This document shows positions 58,502-64,000 of a stretch of DNA of 64,000 nt, in pieces. Below the pieces are notes generated by a model that saw only the letters and a program-made list of their open reading frames with translations, ran no database searches and was not told where the DNA came from. Source of the DNA: a virus; the IMG/VR virus record IMGVR_UViG_3300021963_000035, positions 64,001 through 128,000 of that record; one strand, 5' to 3'. The translations under genes were made by a program, and so were the position numbers. Within the stretch, counting starts at the first letter, position 1; each line of letters begins with the position of its first letter.

Positions 58502-58962
58502 AATTAACAGAGATACTGGCAGCAGTTGATACTGACCAAAAAGAAATATGGGGCTTACTTGATGCACAACAACAAAAGGCATTAAAGAAAGACCTATGGA
58601 ATTTAAATAGATATATCAGTAGCGCAAAAAGTCCTAAGAGAGAAGTACAAGAACACTTTGTTTTATTAGTAAATGAGTTTTACAACCGCCATTGGAATGA
58701 CATCAAAGACCATCCAGGCTTACAATGGAAGTTGTTGTGTATGTGCAGTTACGAAACTAAAAAAGTTATGTTTCACGAATGGATCAAACTAGTTCGTAAG
58801 GCAGAAGGTAGTTCGAAAAAAGCCAAGTTCTTAATGCAACTGTATCCCAACATGAAAATCGACGAAGTCGAAATGTTGGCAAAAATGACTAGCGATAAAG
58901 AAATGAAAGAACTGGCTAAAGATCACGGATTAGATGATAAGCAAATTAAAGAATTTCTATAA
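58486..58962 (+). CDS. Possible clamp-loader small subunit (gp62-like)
   Basis: W.LNRYIS....VNE..N......HP.LQW.L......FH.W.K pattern resembles T4-like gp62 homologs; replication context. Confidence 0.45.
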   Translation: MSENLKLTEILAAVDTDQKEIWGLLDAQQQKALKKDLWNLNRYISSAKSPKREVQEHFVLLVNEFYNRHWNDIKDHPGLQWKLLCMCSYETKKVMFHEWIKLVRKAEGSSKKAKFLMQLYPNMKIDEVEMLAKMTSDKEMKELAKDHGLDDKQIKEFL

Positions 58963-59636
58963 TGTACAAATGTGCATATTGTAATAAAGACTTTGCCAAA
59001 GAAAAGACATTGGCAGTACATATCTGTGAGCAGAAAAGAAGACACTTGAGTAAAACAGAAAAGCATGTACAGGCAGGCTTACTCACGTATCAAAAATTCT
59101 TCCAGTTTGCACAGAAAAGTTCAAAGTCCAAAACATTTGATGATTTTGCAAGTAGTCCTTATTACACAGCTTTTGTAAAATTTGGTAGTTTTCTTGTAAA
59201 CACTAATCCAGTATATCCTGAAAGATTTATTGAATTTGTAATCAAGTCGGGTGTTAAACTAGATCATTGGTGTAGTGATGACTTATATGGGTTATACGTT
59301 ACTGAATTAGTAAAACAAGAACCAGCCGACGGTGCTGTACAAAGAACCATCAAAACTATGATAGAATGGGCAGATGAAAAGAAAGCAGTTTGGGAGCATT
59401 ATTTTTTGTATGTTAATTTAAATAGATTAACACACGATATAAAAGAAGGACTAGTAAGTCCTTGGCTAATTTTAAATTTAGAATCAGGAAAAACAGCATT
59501 GCAAAAAATGAACGATGAGCAATTAGAAATCATAGGCACTATAATTGATCCTCCGTTCTGGCAACGAAAATTTAAAAATTATCCAGCAGATGTAGAGCTA
59601 ATTAAGGATGTTATCCGAGAGGCAAATATTCAATGA
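58962..59636 (+). CDS. Zinc-finger protein (C2H2/C2HC-type N-terminus)
   Basis: YKCAYCNKDFAKEKTLAVHIC matches Y-x-C-x2-C-x3-F-x5-L-x2-H. Confidence 0.75.
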   Translation: MYKCAYCNKDFAKEKTLAVHICEQKRRHLSKTEKHVQAGLLTYQKFFQFAQKSSKSKTFDDFASSPYYTAFVKFGSFLVNTNPVYPERFIEFVIKSGVKLDHWCSDDLYGLYVTELVKQEPADGAVQRTIKTMIEWADEKKAVWEHYFLYVNLNRLTHDIKEGLVSPWLILNLESGKTALQKMNDEQLEIIGTIIDPPFWQRKFKNYPADVELIKDVIREANIQ

Positions 59637-59866
59637 GTATTAAAAAACGTAGAGACGAAGAAGAACCAGAATTAGAAGAACTGGCAGAAAATGAAGATCA
59701 TATATCTAGAGATGATCTTGACATTGAGGTTGCACTTAGTGAGGAAGAGCCAGTTGTATATGTAAAATTTTCTGGATTTGAAGATCATGAAGATGCTGAA
59801 GAATACGCAGACTTTCTAGCCAGCACATTGCCTTTATTGTTATTTGAAACTACGAGATTGCAATAA
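59633..59866 (+). CDS. Small highly acidic protein
   Basis: 77 aa, E/D-rich, coupled to both neighbours. Confidence 0.65.
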   Translation: MSIKKRRDEEEPELEELAENEDHISRDDLDIEVALSEEEPVVYVKFSGFEDHEDAEEYADFLASTLPLLLFETTRLQ

Positions 59867-60444
59867 TGCCAGACATTGATATCGACTTTCCTGATCGACA
59901 AGCAGCCTTGAGATTGTTTAAACATTCTCAAGCCAGTCGATTGGAAAACGAAAAATTAGTTCCGCATGCAACCGGTGTATATTTTCATCAGGTTCCTATA
60001 AATGCAAGAACTAATCTATGTGCTGTGCCGTATGATCGGGCAGAGGATCAAGGATTTTTTAAAGTAGATTTTTTGAATGTTGGAGTTTACAAAGGTGTAA
60101 GAGATGAAGCACATCTCATTCAACTAATGGAGACTGAACCGTTATGGGATCTATTGGAACAAGACGATTTCACAAATTTACTATTCCACGTAAATGGTCA
60201 TGGCTCATTGATGAGACAAATGAAACCACAGAGTATAGAACAGTTGGCAATGTGTCTCGCTTTGATCCGCCCAGGAAAGAGGTACCTAGTAGGGAAGACC
60301 TGGAACGAGATTGGGATGGAGATTTGGACGAAACCAGAGAATGGTGAATACTATTTTAAGAAGGCACACGCTGTAGCTTATGCAACTTCCATAGTGGTGC
60401 AGATAAATTTAATTTGTGAACAAATTAGCTACGGATATAGTTAA
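59866..60444 (+). CDS. Minimal DnaE-like (C-family DNA polymerase palm) protein, 192 aa
   Basis: PDIDIDF, HATGV, GFFKVDFL, KP.SIEQLA..LALIRPG, Y.FKKAHAVAYA: DnaE motifs in the canonical order. Confidence 0.88.
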   Translation: MPDIDIDFPDRQAALRLFKHSQASRLENEKLVPHATGVYFHQVPINARTNLCAVPYDRAEDQGFFKVDFLNVGVYKGVRDEAHLIQLMETEPLWDLLEQDDFTNLLFHVNGHGSLMRQMKPQSIEQLAMCLALIRPGKRYLVGKTWNEIGMEIWTKPENGEYYFKKAHAVAYATSIVVQINLICEQISYGYS

Positions 60445-60812
60445 GATGGTCGTCTAACTAATACTATCGATTTTCTCTTAATACGTTTTGTTATTATCTG
60501 ATTTAGGCTAACACAAGGCCCTAGCATTAATTTAACATCTTTAGTTGAAAAATTCCTAACTGCGTATCTAAACGGATTTATCTCTTTTGCTAGGAAAATA
60601 TTGATAGGTATTTGTCTGTTAGATTCCCACCACCACGCTTCGCCTAGCTCTAAAAATCTAGTTTTTTCATCATCAGATTTAAGTGCTTTGTAATCGTACA
60701 TGCTAGTAACAGCAGCATCCTGATTTATGATAATACCCACGTATTCCTGATCAACGTAGTTTATTACGCTTATAAATGGAAAATTTTGTTGTAAGTTTTC
60801 TGTTATTCTCAT
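60441..60812 (-). CDS. Hypothetical protein
   Basis: Likely start MRITENLQ at 60812; FPFI....Y...EY.GII.N.D, WWWESNR.IPINIFL. Minus-strand TATAAATA at 60857-60864. Confidence 0.7.
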   Translation of the reverse strand: MRITENLQQNFPFISVINYVDQEYVGIIINQDAAVTSMYDYKALKSDDEKTRFLELGEAWWWESNRQIPINIFLAKEINPFRYAVRNFSTKDVKLMLGPCVSLNQIITKRIKRKSIVLVRRPS

Positions 60813-60838
60813 CTTATAAATATACTTAAAGGACCAAT

Positions 60839-61615
60839 ATGCAATTAAATCCAAGTTATTTATACTCAAACAAAATGGACGTCTTTAGCACACTTGGTAC
60901 CTGGACTACTGAGAGGTATCGAAAAGTGTATCAACGTAACTTTAAAGTGTATCGTGGCGTCGACAACCGCTTAGATTTCCAAATACGCAACTCGGATCAA
61001 AAACCACAGGATATGACTGGGTATTCTGTGATATTTAATCTTTTTACAAGAGAGAGTCAAGAATTGGTGACTGTTAGGACTTGTGAAGTACAAAGTTATA
61101 GCGGTGGAAAATTCTATGTGATTCTTAGCGAAGCAGACGTTCAAAATTTAGACACAGGGTATTATACTTTTAGTCTACATGCATTAGACTCAAATGGATT
61201 AAAAACAGCATTGTATGGCGACAGCCAATACGGTGCAACAGGAACTATTGATATTGTTGGCAGCACATATGCAGAACCAATTGATAGTTTATCTGTATCT
61301 ACATTTTCTTTATACGAATCTATCGTGCCTCCAGAAACTTACAGAGTAAGCGAAGTGTTAGATGCAAAACCACAATTTAATTCTAATGCTGCACTGCATA
61401 CGTTTGCTATGTACGGTAAGAACTTTGTTGGTGTTGCGACTGTGCAAGGAAGTTTAGATCCTTACAATTCAATCACAAATTGGATAGATTTAGCAACTAT
61501 TAATTTTAATTCAGATCCTATAAAATATCAAAATATCGAAGGTGTATGGAGTTATTTTAGAATCAAGCTAGATGTAACTTCGGGATCACTTGACAAAGTA
61601 TTGTATAGATATTAA
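60839..61615 (+). CDS. Putative late structural protein (Ig-like / BppU-like beta domains)
   Basis: TATAAATA at 60815-60822 plus SD; YRGVDN.L.F...N.DQKP, all-beta pattern, LDKVLYR C-terminus. Confidence 0.6.
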   Translation: MQLNPSYLYSNKMDVFSTLGTWTTERYRKVYQRNFKVYRGVDNRLDFQIRNSDQKPQDMTGYSVIFNLFTRESQELVTVRTCEVQSYSGGKFYVILSEADVQNLDTGYYTFSLHALDSNGLKTALYGDSQYGATGTIDIVGSTYAEPIDSLSVSTFSLYESIVPPETYRVSEVLDAKPQFNSNAALHTFAMYGKNFVGVATVQGSLDPYNSITNWIDLATINFNSDPIKYQNIEGVWSYFRIKLDVTSGSLDKVLYRY

Positions 61616-61618
61616 AAT
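61590..61618 (+). promoter_or_regulatory. Sigma70 promoter for primase
   Basis: TTGACA-N17-TAAAAT; ATG 61625 follows the -10 box after a 6-nt spacer. Confidence 0.75.
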
Positions 61619-61624
61619 TAGTCT

Positions 61625-62638
61625 ATGGCCTTAGTCATAGACATCTTACGAGATCTTATCCCATATAAGCGAAAAACTACTCCTAGTGGTTGGACTAGTT
61701 TTGATGCCCCTTGCTGTCATCACAGAGGTCACAATCGTGACACTAAGATGAGGGCTGGCATAATGCTGAACAATGAATTTGTATATCACTGCTTCAATTG
61801 CGGATTTGCAACAGGTTGGAGTCCAGGTAACTCGATATCTCCAAAACTTAGAGATCTATGCAAATGGTTAGGTGCATCAGACGACGATGTTAAACGATTA
61901 ATTTTTGAAGCACTGAAAACTGAAGGCGATAATTACGTTGCTAAAGAACGAGAAATATCAGTAGACTTTCCGCCAAAAGATTTACCAGAATCATCTATGC
62001 CAATATCTAAATGGCTAGAAACGTATGACGACATGACGTCTGAATTTTTAAATCCTGTAATAGAATATCTGATCAATAGAGGTTGTAATCCATTAAGTAA
62101 TCATTTCTATTGGTCACCTGCAGAAGGTTATAGTGATCGTGTGATTATCCCTTTTAAGTATCAAGGAAGGATAGTAGGTAGTACAGGAAGAAAGATCACT
62201 AAAGGTAAACCAAAATATCTTTCTGATCAACATCCTAATTTCGTCTTTAATGTAGATGAACAATTAGATGACAGCAAATACGTATTTGTTGTTGAAGGTC
62301 CGTTTGATGCCTTAGCAATTGGAGGAGTTGCCCTATTAAGTAATAATATATCAGAGCAACAGGCTAAGATAATTAATAGGCTACACAAACATGTGATCGT
62401 CATACCTGATCAGGATAAAGCTGGTCTAGATGTAATAGACAAGGCTAGAGATCTTGGTTGGTCTGTAGCGTTTCCTACTTGGGATAGCGATGTTAAAGAT
62501 TGTTCCGATGCTGTTAATCGATACGGAAAATTGTTTGTAATAATGGATCTTATCAAGACTGCAACAGAAGGATCTATAAAAATAAATCTCGCCAAAGGTC
62601 ATATGAAAAGAAGGCTACAAAATGCGCAAACTAATTAG
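61625..62638 (+). CDS. DNA primase (Zn ribbon + TOPRIM), T4 gp61-like
   Basis: PCC...YHCFNCG, YL..RG, RVIIP, GR, KYL, VVEGPFDA, IPDQDKAG, KD..DA. Confidence 0.92.
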   Translation: MALVIDILRDLIPYKRKTTPSGWTSFDAPCCHHRGHNRDTKMRAGIMLNNEFVYHCFNCGFATGWSPGNSISPKLRDLCKWLGASDDDVKRLIFEALKTEGDNYVAKEREISVDFPPKDLPESSMPISKWLETYDDMTSEFLNPVIEYLINRGCNPLSNHFYWSPAEGYSDRVIIPFKYQGRIVGSTGRKITKGKPKYLSDQHPNFVFNVDEQLDDSKYVFVVEGPFDALAIGGVALLSNNISEQQAKIINRLHKHVIVIPDQDKAGLDVIDKARDLGWSVAFPTWDSDVKDCSDAVNRYGKLFVIMDLIKTATEGSIKINLAKGHMKRRLQNAQTN

Positions 62639-62735
62639 AATTATCTTTTTACCTTTTATACGAATAAGAGAAAAATATCTGTATAAGAAGAGATTGAAAG
62701 AACTACGTAACAGGGATCCGTTTATCTACAAATGA
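62622..62735 (+). CDS. Small basic protein (37 aa), not in the ORF track
   Basis: MRKLIRIIFLPFIRIREKYLYKKRLKELRNRDPFIYK; overlaps the primase stop and is ATGA-coupled to the carbamoyltransferase. Confidence 0.65.
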   Translation: MRKLIRIIFLPFIRIREKYLYKKRLKELRNRDPFIYK

Positions 62736-64000
62736 TTACTTGGGGAATATCTGCTAACAGCCACGACGCTGCACTAACCGTTTTCTTAGATGAAAAGATA
62801 GCCTTTGCTAGCCATAGTGAACGATTTAGTAAAATAAAAAATGATCCGGATCTAGATCGAGATCTAATAAATTATGCGCTGCGATGGGGCGAACCTCAAC
62901 GAATCTACTGGTACGAAAAACCTTTTAAAAAATCACTAAGGCAATTAATTGCAGGTCAGGGATTCAATTTTGCTGAAAATAATATTAAAGAATACTTAAG
63001 AAAATTTAATATTAAGCAACCGATCACTTATGTTGATCATCATTTAAGTCACGCCGCCGGAGGATACTATACCAGCGGATGGGACAGTGCTGCAATATTA
63101 GTCATTGATGCTATTGGAGAATTTACCACAGCAAGTATGTGGAGAGGACAAGGCAGAGATATAAAACCCTTGTGGAAAATGAAATATCCTAACAGCATTG
63201 GTCTGTTTTATTCCGCAGTTACAAAAGCTGTGGGATTAAAACCAAATCAGGACGAATACATATTAATGGGTATGGCAGCATACGGTGACCCTTACAAATT
63301 CTATGATCATTTCTTTGACAACTACATAAATCTAGATGATCTAACATTTAAGCAGAACTTCCATAGAGGTATCAGTGATCTCGAAAATTTAATCAAGACA
63401 GAAAAAGATAAATTTGATATCGCAGCCACAGCACAATTATTTTATGAAGATATGTTTGATAATCTTTTGTTAGATCTGTATATCGAAACGAAAGAACGCA
63501 AACTGATTCTTAGCGGAGGCTGTGCATTAAATTGTTCTGCAAATAAACTAGCATTTCAGTGGTTTGATGATGTATGGATAATGCCTAACCCGGGAGATGC
63601 TGGTAGTAGTTTAGGCTGTGTATTAGCACATAACAAATGGCACACCTATTGGCCCGGACCGTATTTAGGTTACAACATACCCGGAGAGTATCCGGTGCAA
63701 TCTATAATTAAAGAATTAGAAAACAACAAAATATGCGCAGTGGCTAGTGGCCCTGCAGAGTTTGGTCCAAGAGCATTGGGCAATCGCAGTCTGTTAGCTG
63801 ATCCGAGAGATCCCGGCATCAAAGATCGTGTTAATGATATCAAACAACGACAAAAGTTTAGACCATTTGCTCCTGTAATAATGGAACACTTAGCTGAGAA
63901 GTTTTTTGATATGCCTGCTAAAAGTACACCTTACATGCAGTTCACGGCTGTGTGTCGTGAGCCTAGCAAATATCCTAGTATCATCCACCAGGATGGTACT
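62732..64000 (+). CDS. Carbamoyltransferase, NodU/CmcH family (truncated at window end; absent from the ORF track)
   Basis: WGISANSHDAA, SERFSKIKND, HHLSHAA.GYY.SG, VIDAIGE, SIGLFYS, EYILMGMAAYG, SGGCALNC.AN, PNPGDAGSSLG, EFGPRALGNRSLLADPR, KQRQKFRPFAP. Confidence 0.93.
   Translation, partial: MITWGISANSHDAALTVFLDEKIAFASHSERFSKIKNDPDLDRDLINYALRWGEPQRIYWYEKPFKKSLRQLIAGQGFNFAENNIKEYLRKFNIKQPITYVDHHLSHAAGGYYTSGWDSAAILVIDAIGEFTTASMWRGQGRDIKPLWKMKYPNSIGLFYSAVTKAVGLKPNQDEYILMGMAAYGDPYKFYDHFFDNYINLDDLTFKQNFHRGISDLENLIKTEKDKFDIAATAQLFYEDMFDNLLLDLYIETKERKLILSGGCALNCSANKLAFQWFDDVWIMPNPGDAGSSLGCVLAHNKWHTYWPGPYLGYNIPGEYPVQSIIKELENNKICAVASGPAEFGPRALGNRSLLADPRDPGIKDRVNDIKQRQKFRPFAPVIMEHLAEKFFDMPAKSTPYMQFTAVCREPSKYPSIIHQDGT

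Noticed and set aside
1-64000. Stop-codon reassignment (TAG is rare as a stop)
   Set aside because: Conserved genes are full length under code 11, and at least one gene (26223..26615) ends in TAG at a coupled junction.

Overview
A 64-kb segment of a large, AT-rich, T4-like myophage genome (standard code 11; no rRNA, tRNA or CRISPR array seen). From left to right it has four parts. (1) The 3' end of the gp23-like major capsid gene, then about 25 kb of modular tail-fibre/baseplate-appendage genes, including paralogous 2890-aa and 1830-aa giants. (2) Neck, tail-terminator, dNMP kinase, HNH, sheath, tube, head-completion and terminase genes, plus probable head-internal proteins. (3) A gp32-RecA/UvsX-UvsY recombination module, followed by an 8-kb, ten-gene glycan-synthesis island behind late-type promoter boxes. 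(4) A replication block: UvsW-like helicase, Zn-finger protein, a 192-aa 'mini' DnaE (C-family polymerase palm keeping all three catalytic Asp), primase and a partial NodU/CmcH carbamoyltransferase. The most notable observations are the mini-DnaE, the late-expressed glycosylation island with four paralogous KpsS/KpsC-like transferases, and a recurring TAA(A/G)TA-N4-7-ATG layout implying many leaderless mRNAs. Also notable are two structured 5' leaders (one a candidate pseudoknot), a repeated 'C-terminal hydrophobic helix + downstream partner' fibre-connector pattern, and a phased GGCA repeat over the gp32 ribosome-binding site. All family assignments come from motif recognition by eye; no database searches were run.
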